From assembly GCA_028712175.1 (NCBI GenBank), contig JAQTQQ010000004.1, positions 2,180-66,179 of the forward strand: a stretch of DNA of 64,000 nt. Reading direction: 5' to 3'. How positions within the stretch are numbered: position 1 is the stretch's first letter; every line of letters begins with the position of its first letter. Source of the stretch: Candidatus Omnitrophota bacterium (GTDB lineage: Bacteria > Omnitrophota > Gorgyraeia > Gygaellales > Profunditerraquicolaceae). The position numbers and the translations under genes were made by a program. Positions 1-9,608 of this stretch are shown here, piece by piece. The notes below the pieces were generated by a model. The model ran no database searches. It saw nothing but the letters and a program-made list of their open reading frames with translations, and had not been told where the DNA came from.

Positions 1-796
1 ATTTCTCCACTAATTCAAACGGTATTTTAACCATGCCTAATTTTATTTCCGGTTTCGCTTGGCCGTGAAAATCCGAACCTCCGGTAATCAAAAGATTAAG
101 CCGCCTGGCTAAATCCAGATAAAAATTAACCATGGATTGCGAATGTTCGGGGTAATATACCTCTAATCCCTCCAGCCCATCATTTACAAATTCAGCGACC
201 AAAGCATCATCATGCAATATATAGGGGTGTGCCAAAACAGCTACCCCTCCTGCGTCATTAATTATTTTTATTGCTTCGCGGGGCGAAAGCCGAAAGCCTA
301 AAACATAAGCTGGAGAGCTATCACCGATATATTTAAAGAAGGCTTCAGAAACGGAATTTACATGCCCGTCTTTGACCAGCGCCCGGGCAATATGCATTCT
401 GCCAACTGTGGCAGTTCCGGAAATATTAAATACGGTTTCCGGATTAAGCTTTATCCCCAACCCCTCTAAATTATGTATTATTTTATAGGCCCGGCTGATG
501 CGATTTTGCTGCAATAATTTTAATGTTTCAAGCAAGGCATTATTCTTATAATCCAAGAAATACCCCAATATATGGACTTCTCGGTTTTCATGCTGGGCAG
601 TTAATTCGATGCCGGGAATAATTTCTAAATCCGTGCCTTGAGCCGATTCATTCGCCTGAGCAATAGCCTCAACGGTATCATGGTCAACTATGGCAATTGC
701 GGAAAGCTTGCGCTTAACTCCTTCTTTGACCAGTTCTTTAGGCGTACATGTGCCGTCGCTGGCCAAAGAATGCACGTGCAAATCAGCGTATCTCAC
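1..796 (-). CDS. PHP-domain phosphoesterase (TrpH/YciV-like), 3' end outside the window. GTG start overlaps the nusB stop in a GTGA arrangement.
   Basis: The reverse translation reads VRYADLHVHSLASDGT...IVDHDT...HPY, the typical PHP metal-binding His/Asp motifs. The start is coupled to the nusB stop. Confidence 0.7.
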   Translation of the reverse strand, partial: MRYADLHVHSLASDGTCTPKELVKEGVKRKLSAIAIVDHDTVEAIAQANESAQGTDLEIIPGIELTAQHENREVHILGYFLDYKNNALLETLKLLQQNRISRAYKIIHNLEGLGIKLNPETVFNISGTATVGRMHIARALVKDGHVNSVSEAFFKYIGDSSPAYVLGFRLSPREAIKIINDAGGVAVLAHPYILHDDALVAEFVNDGLEGLEVYYPEHSQSMVNFYLDLARRLNLLITGGSDFHGQAKPEIKLGMVKIPFELVEK

Positions 797-1209
797 TTTT
801 CTTTCTCAATCTTTATCTGATCCAATATGGCATTGACAAATTTACCGGATTCCAATCCGGAATATTTTTTTGCCAATTCAACTGCCTCATTAATCGCTAC
901 TTTGGGCGGAATATCCTGACGAAATAAAAGTTCAAAACAACCCAAACGCATGATATTGCGATCCACAAAAGCCATACGGTCAAGCTGCCAATTCGCAGCG
1001 TATTTGCTGATTTTTTTATCAATCTCCTCTATATGCTCCACCACCCCTTGAAGAAGCTGCGCAGAAAAATCCTTAAGCTCTTCGGAATCAGCCTGTCTTT
1101 CGCTATTATCCCAGAAACTTTTCAAGACCTCCTGATGGCAGAGGCGGGTAATGTCCACTTGATAGAGCATCTGCAATACATATTCTCTTGCCTTAGTCCT
1201 TTTTCTCAT
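793..1209 (-). CDS. nusB: Transcription antitermination factor NusB
   Basis: 138 aa. MRKRTKAREYVLQMLYQVD... is a characteristic NusB N-terminus, and the gene sits downstream of ribH as in many bacteria. Confidence 0.9.
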   Translation of the reverse strand: MRKRTKAREYVLQMLYQVDITRLCHQEVLKSFWDNSERQADSEELKDFSAQLLQGVVEHIEEIDKKISKYAANWQLDRMAFVDRNIMRLGCFELLFRQDIPPKVAINEAVELAKKYSGLESGKFVNAILDQIKIEKEK

Positions 1210-1216
1210 AAAATTA

Positions 1217-1684
1217 TTATTTTAACTGGCCTGATAAATTGACCATTTCAATTGCAGAAAGTGCCGCATCCCTGCCTTTATTACCGTCTTTTGAACCTGC
1301 CCGTTCTACAGCCTGTTCAATGCTATCAGCCGTAATTATGCCAAATATAACCGGCACACCGCTATCCAAAGAAACTTTGGCTACGCCCTTAGCGGCTTCC
1401 GATGCGATATAATCAAAATGCGGAGTGGCGCCGCGAATAACCGTGCCCAAACAGATTACTGCATCAAATGTTTTAGATTTGGCCATTTTCTGAGCCGCCA
1501 ATGGAATTTCAAATGCGCCGGGAACCCAGGCTACCGTAATATTCTTATCCTCTGCACCATGCCTTAGCAAGGTATCAATACAGCCGCTCACTAATTCTTT
1601 GGTCATCATATCATTAAAACGCGAAGCCACCAAGCCAAAGCTTTGGCCTTTTACTAAGAGTTTACCTTCGAGCACTTTTACCAT
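1217..1684 (-). CDS. ribH: 6,7-dimethyl-8-ribityllumazine synthase
   Basis: 155 aa matching the lumazine synthase fold, with the GAFEIP-like motif. A strong SD (aaggagg) precedes the ATG. Confidence 0.92.
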   Translation of the reverse strand: MVKVLEGKLLVKGQSFGLVASRFNDMMTKELVSGCIDTLLRHGAEDKNITVAWVPGAFEIPLAAQKMAKSKTFDAVICLGTVIRGATPHFDYIASEAAKGVAKVSLDSGVPVIFGIITADSIEQAVERAGSKDGNKGRDAALSAIEMVNLSGQLK

Positions 1685-1698
1685 AACTTCCTCCTTGT

Positions 1699-2907
1699 TT
1701 AAAGTTTGAGATGATGCCCCATTTTTTCTTTTTTTGTTTTTAAGTACCTGTAATTCTCGCTGTTTGGCTGAATCTCCAAAGGCAGGCGCTCTAAAACCTT
1801 AAGGCCATAGCCCTCTAAGCCAATAATCTTACGCGGATTATTAGTCAATAGCCTTATCCCCTTAACCCCTAAGTCTACAAGAATCTGGGCACCGATACCA
1901 TAATCACGCAAATCAACCTTATGGCCTAATGCCTCGTTAGCTTCTACCGTATCCATACCTTTATCCTGAAGTTTATATGCGCGGATCTTTTCAACTAAAC
2001 CAATTCCGCGCCCTTCTTGTTTCATATAAAGGATAACCCCTTTCTTTTCTGCGGCGATTATCTGCATGGCTTTCTCCAGTTGCCTGCCGCAATCACAACG
2101 CAATGAACCGAAGACATCTCCGGTTAAGCATTCAGAATGTACGCGCACCAATACCGATTCATCTTTCCAGCTGCCCATACACAAAACTATATGCGTCTGA
2201 TCAGAAGTCGTATCCCTATAGATGACTAATTTAAATTCTCCGAATTTTGTCGGCAGCTTAGTTTCAACTACTGCCTCAACTAATTTTTCGCTTCTGCGGC
2301 GGTATTCTATAAGGCTGGCAATACTGCAAATCTTTAATGAGTGTTTCTTTGCAAATTCAAGAAGATTCGCAAGGCGGGCCATACTGCCATCATCATTCAT
2401 AATCTCACAAATTACCCCCGCCGGATAACATCCTGCAAGACGCATTAAATCAAGACTTGCTTCAGTATGTCCTGCCCTAACCAAAACTCCGCCGCGCCGG
2501 CAGCGCAAAGGAAAAATATGCCCTGGGCGCAGGAGGTCTTCTGGTTTAGTATCTTGGCTAATTAAAATTTCAATTGTTCTAGCCCTATCGGCAGCAGAGA
2601 TACCCGTACTTATTCCGCGCGCCGCATCAACTGAAATCATCCATGCAGTCTTAAAAGGATCTTCTTTATGGGGCTGCAGGGTATTTTTAAGCATAGGATC
2701 AAGTTCCAGAAAACGCAAGCGCTCTTCTTCCATAGGAACACAAATAAGCCCGCGTCCAAATTTAGCCATAAAATTTATATCTTCGGGCCTGACGCCTGAA
2801 GCCGCCATAACCAGATCACCTTCATTCTCACGGTCCTCATCGTCAACGACAATTACCATTTTGCCGTTTTTTAAGTCTTCTACAATTTCTGGAATTGTGT
2901 TAAACAT
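1699..2907 (-). CDS. ribBA: Bifunctional 3,4-dihydroxy-2-butanone-4-phosphate synthase / GTP cyclohydrolase II
   Basis: DHBP synthase and GTP cyclohydrolase II motifs are present (CxxGxxxC ... [10 protein letters not shown]). The start was placed at the internal ATG (MFNTIPE), which has a GGAGAG SD. The longer ORF call would run into the riboswitch terminator. Confidence 0.9.
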   Translation of the reverse strand: MFNTIPEIVEDLKNGKMVIVVDDEDRENEGDLVMAASGVRPEDINFMAKFGRGLICVPMEEERLRFLELDPMLKNTLQPHKEDPFKTAWMISVDAARGISTGISAADRARTIEILISQDTKPEDLLRPGHIFPLRCRRGGVLVRAGHTEASLDLMRLAGCYPAGVICEIMNDDGSMARLANLLEFAKKHSLKICSIASLIEYRRRSEKLVEAVVETKLPTKFGEFKLVIYRDTTSDQTHIVLCMGSWKDESVLVRVHSECLTGDVFGSLRCDCGRQLEKAMQIIAAEKKGVILYMKQEGRGIGLVEKIRAYKLQDKGMDTVEANEALGHKVDLRDYGIGAQILVDLGVKGIRLLTNNPRKIIGLEGYGLKVLERLPLEIQPNSENYRYLKTKKEKMGHHLKL

Positions 2908-2961
2908 GGCTCTCCTATACCCTCCGGGTGCATCCGCGCAGATCCCTAAAACGCAGGGTAT

Positions 2962-2993
2962 TAAAAAATAAGCCCGAAATAAACTCTTCGGGC
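2962..2993 (-). terminator. Intrinsic terminator hairpin of the FMN riboswitch expression platform
   Basis: On the minus strand the sequence gcccgaagagtttatttcgggc forms a 7-bp GC-rich stem. It is followed by TTATTTTTT, and lies between the aptamer and the ribBA start. Confidence 0.6.
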
Positions 2994-3039
2994 AATTTGC
3001 TATTTTCACCAGGAATCACCGGCGAATCCGCGGCTATTT

Positions 3040-3165
3040 ACAGCGGTAATCTTCTTCCATCTGGACTTTACACCCTAACCAACTTTAAAATGGGTGCCCG
3101 TTTTATTACGGAACCATCGGCCCTGGAATTTCACCAGATCTGTCCGCCATTGAATCAGTGGCGGA
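3040..3165 (-). ncRNA. FMN riboswitch (RFN element) aptamer
   Basis: The minus strand contains GGUGAAAUUCCAGGGCCGAUGGU ... AAAGUCCAGAUGGAAGAAG. This matches the conserved RFN cores (GGUGAAAUUCC; CCGxCGGU; AAAGUCUGGAUGGGAGAAGG) and has P1 pairing AUCUGG/CCAGAU. It lies upstream of ribBA. Confidence 0.75.
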
Positions 3166-3279
3166 CTCGCGGGCTTTTACAACTTAACCATATTTTTGGT
3201 TTATTGTGCTCTACCGCCGGTAAGGATTTACACCTTGCCCTGAAGATTAACTGAAATTATTTTACCAGAGAAACTAAAC

Positions 3280-3308
3280 TTGTCAATACAATTAAAATGG
3301 GCTATAAT
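3280..3308 (+). promoter_or_regulatory. Sigma70-type promoter, TTGTCA-17nt-TATAAT
   Basis: -35 TTGTCA at 3280-3285, a 17-nt spacer, and -10 TATAAT at 3303-3308. It is divergent from the riboswitch/rib operon. Confidence 0.5.
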
Positions 3309-3315
3309 ATTTTAC

Positions 3316-3792
3316 GTGGTTACAAAAATTCTAAAACAAATCCATCGCACGCTTCTAACCCGTCAAAAAACCGTATCTCTTGCTGAATCCTGCACCGGAG
3401 GCATAATTAGCAGCCTATTAACCAGTCAATCAGGCTCCTCCGGATACTTTCTTTCAGGGGTAGTTGCCTATAGCAACAAATCAAAAGAGCTGCTTTTAGG
3501 CATCCCGGAAAAAACAATTGTCAAATATGGCGCAGTATCAGAAAAAATCGCCAAATTAATGGCAGAAAACATCCGCAAGAAAACAAATGCCGACTTCGGC
3601 TTAAGCGTTACAGGGCTGGCAGGACCATCAGGAGCTAATAAAAATAAACCCGTAGGAACTGTTTTTATCAGCCTTTCCGATGAAAACAGGAATATCTGCC
3701 GAAAATTCTCTTTTTCGGGTAGCCGCCAGAGTATTCGCAAGAAATCTGCCCAAGAAGCCTTAAAACTACTATGCGCGCATTTATCGCGATAA
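3316..3792 (+). CDS. pncC: CinA C-terminal domain protein (NMN amidohydrolase PncC-like)
   Basis: Carries the ...SLAESCTGG... motif typical of CinA-C. The ORF track begins at TTG 3280, which coincides with the -35 hexamer, so the start was set at the in-frame GTG 3316 just downstream of the predicted TSS. That start is uncertain. Confidence 0.7.
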   Translation: MVTKILKQIHRTLLTRQKTVSLAESCTGGIISSLLTSQSGSSGYFLSGVVAYSNKSKELLLGIPEKTIVKYGAVSEKIAKLMAENIRKKTNADFGLSVTGLAGPSGANKNKPVGTVFISLSDENRNICRKFSFSGSRQSIRKKSAQEALKLLCAHLSR

Positions 3793-4343
3793 CCCTACCG
3801 GCAGAGATCCAAAAAGCTGTTGCCATATTACAGGATGAATTAAAAACCGGACTGCCTAAAATCAGCTGGATTGAACCGGGCAACTTGCATATCACCTTAA
3901 AATTCCTTGGTGAAATATCAGACGGACAGCTAAACAATATTAAGCAGATAATCGCAGAAATCTCAAAGAAAACTACCCAATTTCAAATAAAACTTGATAA
4001 ATTCGGCGTTTTCCCTGACATATCTGGGCCGCGGATAATTTGGATAGGCACAAATAATACGTTTACGGAAATAAAAAAAATTGCTGAACAATTAGAACTA
4101 AAAATTGAGAAATTAGGAGCCGCTAAAGAAACCCGCGCATTTTCTATTCATCTAACTATTGGCCGGATAAAAACCGATGTTAAACTCGAAAATCTGGAAA
4201 AAATACTTAATAAAGCAGGCAAAAATTTGATTAATAAAAACCTTGAATTTGTTGCCCAGGGGATCACCTTATTTAAAAGCAGGCTTGATAAGGCGGGTGC
4301 GGTTTATACTGTTTTAAAACAAGCTAATTTTAAAACTACCTGA
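3771..4343 (+). CDS. thpR: RNA 2',3'-cyclic phosphodiesterase (2'-5' RNA ligase family, ThpR/LigT)
   Basis: 190 aa. Two H-x-T/S-x motifs are present (HITLKF and HLTIGR). Confidence 0.8.
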   Translation: MRAFIAITLPAEIQKAVAILQDELKTGLPKISWIEPGNLHITLKFLGEISDGQLNNIKQIIAEISKKTTQFQIKLDKFGVFPDISGPRIIWIGTNNTFTEIKKIAEQLELKIEKLGAAKETRAFSIHLTIGRIKTDVKLENLEKILNKAGKNLINKNLEFVAQGITLFKSRLDKAGAVYTVLKQANFKTT

Positions 4344-4783
4344 AGGACAATATTCGTGTAGATCCCTGCGATTAAATCATCTCCCATTATACCGGCTGCT
4401 CCGCGCATATGCTGCAATCTCTCTGCGGGAAAAGGTTTAAGTGTATCAAGTATACGAAAAATAATAAAACCCAGGATAACAACCTTTAAATCGAGCGGCA
4501 TAAAACTGTAGGCAACAAGCATTCCCATAACTTCGTCAATAACCACCCGGCTGGGATCTTTTTTATTCAAAAGCCTCTCCATCCTTCCGCTGGTTAATAA
4601 CCCTAAGAGAATTATACAAAGAATGCTTAAAAAGTAAACCGCAGAATCAGCTCTCTTAATTAAATAAAATAAACCGGCTCCCACCATGCTCCCGAATGTC
4701 CCGGGTACAAACGGTAAATAACCGATAAAAAAAACAGAGGATATTATTTTGCTCAAAAAATCAAGAAAAGCTCCGGACTTCAT
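4304..4783 (-). CDS. pgpA: Phosphatidylglycerophosphatase A
   Basis: 159 aa membrane protein with PgpA motifs (FGSxxG, DEVxG, GIMxDDxxAG). Confidence 0.8.
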   Translation of the reverse strand: MKSGAFLDFLSKIISSVFFIGYLPFVPGTFGSMVGAGLFYLIKRADSAVYFLSILCIILLGLLTSGRMERLLNKKDPSRVVIDEVMGMLVAYSFMPLDLKVVILGFIIFRILDTLKPFPAERLQHMRGAAGIMGDDLIAGIYTNIVLQVVLKLACFKTV

Positions 4784-5358
4784 AAGCGGGTAATGACTTT
4801 ACGATTCTCCCATAGGTATGATAAACCGGAATAAAGCGTTAAGCCTACGGTCGTAAGCATGAGAAAGAATATTCCCTGCCTGAAAACTTTTTCCCACGCA
4901 GGATTCCAGGTATAATATTTAAGTATAATCTCTTTAAGCACGATAAAACCTAAGATAGTAAATATCACGGTCATCTGCAAAGCTGTCTTATGCTTTCCGG
5001 CCCGAGCGGCAGACAATACTTTACCTTTATTTAAGGCAAACAGGCGCAAAGATGTGATTAAAATCTCCCGTGAAACAATTATTACAAACATCCAGGCATC
5101 GATCAACTGCAGCTGGACAAATGCCGCAAAAGCCGCCAAAACCAGTATCTTATCGGCAATGGGATCCATAAGCCTGCCGAAATCCGTAACCATATTTCTG
5201 CGCTGGGCTACTATTCCGTCGAATAAATCCGATAAAGCCGCAAGGACAAAAACCACTAAACTAATTACCTTGGGCCAAAGCCCATGGCAAAATAAAAAGA
5301 ACATAAAAACAAAGGTCAATAATATACGCGACATTGTCAGGCGATTAGCAAGATTCAT
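4780..5358 (-). CDS. pgsA: CDP-diacylglycerol--glycerol-3-phosphate 3-phosphatidyltransferase
   Basis: CDP-alcohol phosphatidyltransferase motif DxxDGxxAR...G...DPxxDK, as in LSDLFDGIVAQRRN...DPIADK. Confidence 0.85.
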   Translation of the reverse strand: MNLANRLTMSRILLTFVFMFFLFCHGLWPKVISLVVFVLAALSDLFDGIVAQRRNMVTDFGRLMDPIADKILVLAAFAAFVQLQLIDAWMFVIIVSREILITSLRLFALNKGKVLSAARAGKHKTALQMTVIFTILGFIVLKEIILKYYTWNPAWEKVFRQGIFFLMLTTVGLTLYSGLSYLWENRKVITRL

Positions 5359-6602
5359 AGGACTGGCTCCCCCACTAAGTCATACTCTAAAGTATCCGTA
5401 ATTTTTACCCGGGCAAATTTACCTATTTTTAGCGCTTTTCTTGTATTTATAAAAACACTGCCGTCTACTTCCGGGGCATCTGCCTGAAGCCGCCCGGCAT
5501 ATCCGCTGCCATGTTTTTCCTCAACCAAAACAGGAATAATTGTTCCGAGAAAATTAGAGTTCAATTCCGCGGCAATTTTCTGCTGCGCAGACATAATAAT
5601 GTCGAACCTTTCTTGTTTTATTTTTTCAGGTACTTGGCCTTTAAAGTTATAGGCGGGAGTATCCTCTTCCCTTGAATAAATAAAGGCGCCCAACCTATCA
5701 AACTTTATTTGCTTTACAAACTCAAGCAGTTCGTTAAATTCTTTATCTGTTTCCGAAGGAAAACCTACGATGATTGAAGTCCGCAAAGTAATTTCCGGTA
5801 TAATCTTTTTGATTTTATTAATTAACGCAAAAATTTCATCTTTATTTACCCGCCTATTCATAAGCTTTAGTATACGGTTATTTATATGCTGCATGGGTAA
5901 ATCGATATATTTACATATCTGTTTCTCTGCTGCGATTAAATCAAGCAGTTCAGTATTGACCCTCTCGGGATTCAAGTATAAAAGCCGAATCCATGCAATA
6001 TCAGGCGCGTTACTGATTATTTTCTTTAAGATTCCAGCTAACCCGCTTTTACCTGAGAAATCCATCCCAAAACCAGTAATATCCTGTCCGATTATATTTA
6101 ATTCTGAGATTTTCTCTTTATTGAAACGCCTGACTTTAGCAATTATCGTTTTCTCATCAAGGCTTTTAAGCGTGCCTTTAATTTTAGGGATTACGCAATA
6201 ACTGCAATTATTAACACAACCCTCGCATATTTTTAAATAAGCATAATGTCCAGGGGTAAGCGCAAACCTTTTTAACTCATGGTTTAATTCCGGCGAACCT
6301 ACAAACGCATCGACCTCAGGCAGCTGTTTTCTCAGGTTTTTATAACGCTGAGCCAAACAGCCATAAACGATCAATTTCTTAAGCCTGCCCTGTTTTTTTA
6401 ATTCAATTAAATCAAGGATGGCATCAATAGACTCGCGTTTGGCTTCCTGGATAAAAGCACAGGTATTTATTAACGCAATATCAGCTTCCTCCATGTTTTC
6501 AACAATAGAATAACCTTTGAAATTAAGGCGGCCTGCTAACGCCTCACTATCAACCAGATTTCTTGGGCACCCTAAAGTCAGTATCCCTAATTTTTGTTTC
6601 AT
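5355..6602 (-). CDS. rimO: Ribosomal protein S12 methylthiotransferase RimO (radical SAM MTTase)
   Basis: Has the MTTase N-terminal domain (GCPRNLVDSE), a radical SAM CxxxCxxC (CSYCVIP), and a C-terminal TRAM domain ending EYDLVGEPV like RimO. Confidence 0.8.
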   Translation of the reverse strand: MKQKLGILTLGCPRNLVDSEALAGRLNFKGYSIVENMEEADIALINTCAFIQEAKRESIDAILDLIELKKQGRLKKLIVYGCLAQRYKNLRKQLPEVDAFVGSPELNHELKRFALTPGHYAYLKICEGCVNNCSYCVIPKIKGTLKSLDEKTIIAKVRRFNKEKISELNIIGQDITGFGMDFSGKSGLAGILKKIISNAPDIAWIRLLYLNPERVNTELLDLIAAEKQICKYIDLPMQHINNRILKLMNRRVNKDEIFALINKIKKIIPEITLRTSIIVGFPSETDKEFNELLEFVKQIKFDRLGAFIYSREEDTPAYNFKGQVPEKIKQERFDIIMSAQQKIAAELNSNFLGTIIPVLVEEKHGSGYAGRLQADAPEVDGSVFINTRKALKIGKFARVKITDTLEYDLVGEPVL

Positions 6603-7408
6603 CGGGATATCTTTAAGCCATCTTTATTGATAATAATATTCTTTAGAGGCTTACCGCGCCGGCCGAGATTATCAAAACGCTGGTCATTAACCTGAAGCTC
6701 TACCGCGCCGGCATCACCCAAAGATAATTCAACTTTTTCACGGGCATGCCAGGTTTCGCTCCTTCCGCGGGCGAGCACGCCGTGAAAAATAACCTTACCA
6801 TCAACCTTAGCAGATATCCAGGATTTGCTACGAGCAAATATCCCCAAGGTAAAACCTTCTGTCAGGTCTTTTTTAATATTAGCTTGCTTAGCCTTGGGCT
6901 GCTGCTTTAAAGCAACCTTTGGCGCAAGAGAAGCGGCAGGTATCAGCGCCTTAACTTTTTCTATATGGGCCCTACGCCTGGAAGAAATAAATTTAATCAG
7001 ATTCACTCCCAAGAATATAATAATTACGGCAAAAACCGCAAAAACAATTATCTTTTTAAAATTAGCCGAAGGCCTTAACGAAACCAACTTTACCGAAGCA
7101 TCTTTTATAAATGATGCTTTTTTTTCAACCCTCTCCCCTATAGGCCTGCCGACAGTAGCATTTAATACCGGCTTATGCGCCACCTCAGAGCAGGCGCCAA
7201 TGAACTCTTTAGCATCAAGCCCTAAAGCGGCACAATAAATCTTAATAAAACCTTTAAGATAGATCGGGCTTAAATCCGAAATACTATCACCTTCAATCGC
7301 ACGTAAAACATTAAGGTGGATTTTGGTTTTTTTCTGAATATCCTCTAAACTCAACCCTCTTTCCTGACGGGTCTTCTTTAGCCTGGATCCTGCTGTCTCA
7401 ATACTCAC
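6599..7408 (-). CDS. rodZ: RodZ-like cytoskeleton protein (HTH_XRE N-terminus, TM, DUF4115 C-terminus)
   Basis: An N-terminal HTH (GLSLEDIQKKTKIHLNVLRAIE), a single TM segment, and a C-terminal beta-rich domain. Confidence 0.65.
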   Translation of the reverse strand: MSIETAGSRLKKTRQERGLSLEDIQKKTKIHLNVLRAIEGDSISDLSPIYLKGFIKIYCAALGLDAKEFIGACSEVAHKPVLNATVGRPIGERVEKKASFIKDASVKLVSLRPSANFKKIIVFAVFAVIIIFLGVNLIKFISSRRRAHIEKVKALIPAASLAPKVALKQQPKAKQANIKKDLTEGFTLGIFARSKSWISAKVDGKVIFHGVLARGRSETWHAREKVELSLGDAGAVELQVNDQRFDNLGRRGKPLKNIIINKDGLKISR

Positions 7409-9588
7409 GGTTTCTCCATCTTTCCACCTGTAGTTAAATCCTTAAGCCAAGCCTGACGATCAACTAAAATTTTACGCGGTTTACTGCCCTCAAACTGTCC
7501 GACAAGGCCTTCTGTTTCCATGGTATCAATAATCCTCGCAGCCCGGGTATAACCTAAGCGCATCCGCCTTTGTAATATAGAAACCGAAGCTTGGTTGCTT
7601 TCCATAATTACACGTACCGCTTCATCATAAAGCTCATCTTTCTCGCCGCCGCCAGACAAACTATTCTTTTGCTGCTCTTTAAGAATCTGGTCATCATAAA
7701 TGGGTTCACCTTGAGCTTTAATAAACTCTACCACTTTTTCGATCTCTGAATCCTTGACCAAAGCTCCCTGGATACGGATAAGATCCTCTTTACCGGGCTG
7801 CAAAAATAACATGTCGCCTTTACCCAATAAAGTCTCTGCACCATTCATATCCAATACGGTACGCGAATCAACCTTAGAGGCTACCTTAAAAGATACTCGG
7901 GCAGGCAAATTTGCTTTTATTACTCCGGTAATTACGTCCACGCTTGGCCGTTGCGTAGCCAGAATCAAATGTATGCCTACGGCGCGTGACAACTGTGCAA
8001 GGCGCGTAATTGCATTTTCAATCTGGTCGCGTGCGACACTCATTAAATCCGCAAATTCATCCACGATAACTATAATATAGGGAATTTTCTCCTGCTTCTC
8101 GTTATAAGCCTCAATATTCCTTGCCCCTGCCTTAGATAAAAGCACATAACGTGACTCCATTTCTGAAACTACCCAATTAAGGGCAACTGCCGCTTTCTTG
8201 GCATCCGTGACTACCGGGCACAATAAATGCGGTAAACCGTTAAAAGGCATAAGCTCGACCATTTTGGGGTCAATCATCAGGAATTTTAAATCATTGGGTG
8301 ACTCTCTAAAAAGCAAAGATAGTATACAGGTATTAACGCACACGGTCTTACCTGATCCGGTAGTTCCGGCAATTAATAAATGCGGCATATCGTCCAAATC
8401 TCCAAACACGGAGCGGCCGGTTATATCTTTGCCTAGAGCTATTGTCAAAGCTGACTTCTGCTTATGATACTCCGGAGATACGAGCAGATCCCTGATACAC
8501 ACTAAAGAACTCTGTAAATTAGGCACCTCAACCCCTACCCTGCCTTTACCCGGAATAGGAGCAATAATCCTTATTGACTGGGCTTTAATTGCTAAAGCAA
8601 TATCGTCACTTAAAGCCTCGATACGGTTAATTTTAACCCCCGGAGCAGGTTCAAGTTCATAACGGGTAATTACGGGACCGCGGATGATATCTGTAACCTT
8701 GGCCGAAATACCAAAATCCTCCAGGGTATCTTCTAATGTCCGGGCGCAAGCCTCAAGGTCCTCTTTCATCTGCCTAGTATCGGAGGCAGGCGGCTCATCT
8801 AACAGATCTATAGAGGGCAGATGATAATCTCCGATTTTTAACTCGCCGGTTTTCAACTTAATCTCTTGCGCAACCGGTTTCGTTTTAATCTGAATCTTCG
8901 GCTTGGAAAGAACCGGCTGCGGCATAAATATTTTAGGTTTTGACAGGCCTGGCTCGCTTTCCTGTTTCTTGGCAAGAGAATTATTAATAAGGCTCGGTTT
9001 AACCCTTACCGGCGTAGACTTTCTTGCACTATGAAAGTTTGATAAGCCGAAAAACACGGATTTCATTTTTTCGATCGTTTTAAGAAAAAGCGAAGAAATG
9101 AGGATTTCCGTAACTAACGCAAGAGAAAGGATTGCAAAGGTAATAAAAATAATAAACCCGCCCAACCGGCTAAAATATGTAGTTATAAAGTTAGAGGTAA
9201 GCGCCCCTAAAAACCCGGAGGTTTGAAACCTTAAAGGCTCATTGCTTAGATTAAACATACCAATAAACGAGCTTATTGAGGCAAGCAGGACAAACATCCC
9301 CAGAATACGAGGGATACTCAAATAAGGCTTATCCTGGCGAAAATATTTTACACCAAGCGCAATAACTAGGAACGGAATGATAAAACTAGAGATATTACCG
9401 AAAAGAAAAATAAGAAACCCGGCTAGATAAGCACCGAAAACTCCGAGCAGATTTTTTGGGGGAAAATTTGGGTGAGAAGTATAGAAAACTAAGTCAAGAC
9501 GGTCAAAACGGATAAGGCTGGCCAAAACCATCAGCCCTAACGCTACTAGAATAACGCCTTTAACCTCATTTATTCTTCTTTCTCTCAC
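7405..9588 (-). CDS. ftsK: DNA translocase FtsK/SpoIIIE
   Basis: 727 aa with N-terminal TM segments, a Walker A motif (GTTGSGKT), and a C-terminal gamma wHTH domain. Confidence 0.9.
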   Translation of the reverse strand: MRERRINEVKGVILVALGLMVLASLIRFDRLDLVFYTSHPNFPPKNLLGVFGAYLAGFLIFLFGNISSFIIPFLVIALGVKYFRQDKPYLSIPRILGMFVLLASISSFIGMFNLSNEPLRFQTSGFLGALTSNFITTYFSRLGGFIIFITFAILSLALVTEILISSLFLKTIEKMKSVFFGLSNFHSARKSTPVRVKPSLINNSLAKKQESEPGLSKPKIFMPQPVLSKPKIQIKTKPVAQEIKLKTGELKIGDYHLPSIDLLDEPPASDTRQMKEDLEACARTLEDTLEDFGISAKVTDIIRGPVITRYELEPAPGVKINRIEALSDDIALAIKAQSIRIIAPIPGKGRVGVEVPNLQSSLVCIRDLLVSPEYHKQKSALTIALGKDITGRSVFGDLDDMPHLLIAGTTGSGKTVCVNTCILSLLFRESPNDLKFLMIDPKMVELMPFNGLPHLLCPVVTDAKKAAVALNWVVSEMESRYVLLSKAGARNIEAYNEKQEKIPYIIVIVDEFADLMSVARDQIENAITRLAQLSRAVGIHLILATQRPSVDVITGVIKANLPARVSFKVASKVDSRTVLDMNGAETLLGKGDMLFLQPGKEDLIRIQGALVKDSEIEKVVEFIKAQGEPIYDDQILKEQQKNSLSGGGEKDELYDEAVRVIMESNQASVSILQRRMRLGYTRAARIIDTMETEGLVGQFEGSKPRKILVDRQAWLKDLTTGGKMEKP

Positions 9589-9608
9589 TTCTAGAATGGA
9601 CTTATTTT

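Noticed and set aside
638-820. 60-aa plus-strand ORF inside the PHP phosphoesterase gene
   Set aside because: It lies entirely within a well-supported minus-strand CDS, and has no SD and no recognisable motif.
1699-3009. Longer ribBA start ([11 protein letters not shown]...) from the ORF track
   Set aside because: The extra 34 codons overlap the riboswitch terminator and its U-tract. The internal ATG at 2907 has a GGAGAG SD and matches the conserved RibB N-terminus.
5770-7238. Antisense ORFs 5770-6201 and 6825-7238 inside rimO and rodZ
   Set aside because: Opposite-strand frames of strongly supported genes, with hydrophobic low-complexity translations and no SD.
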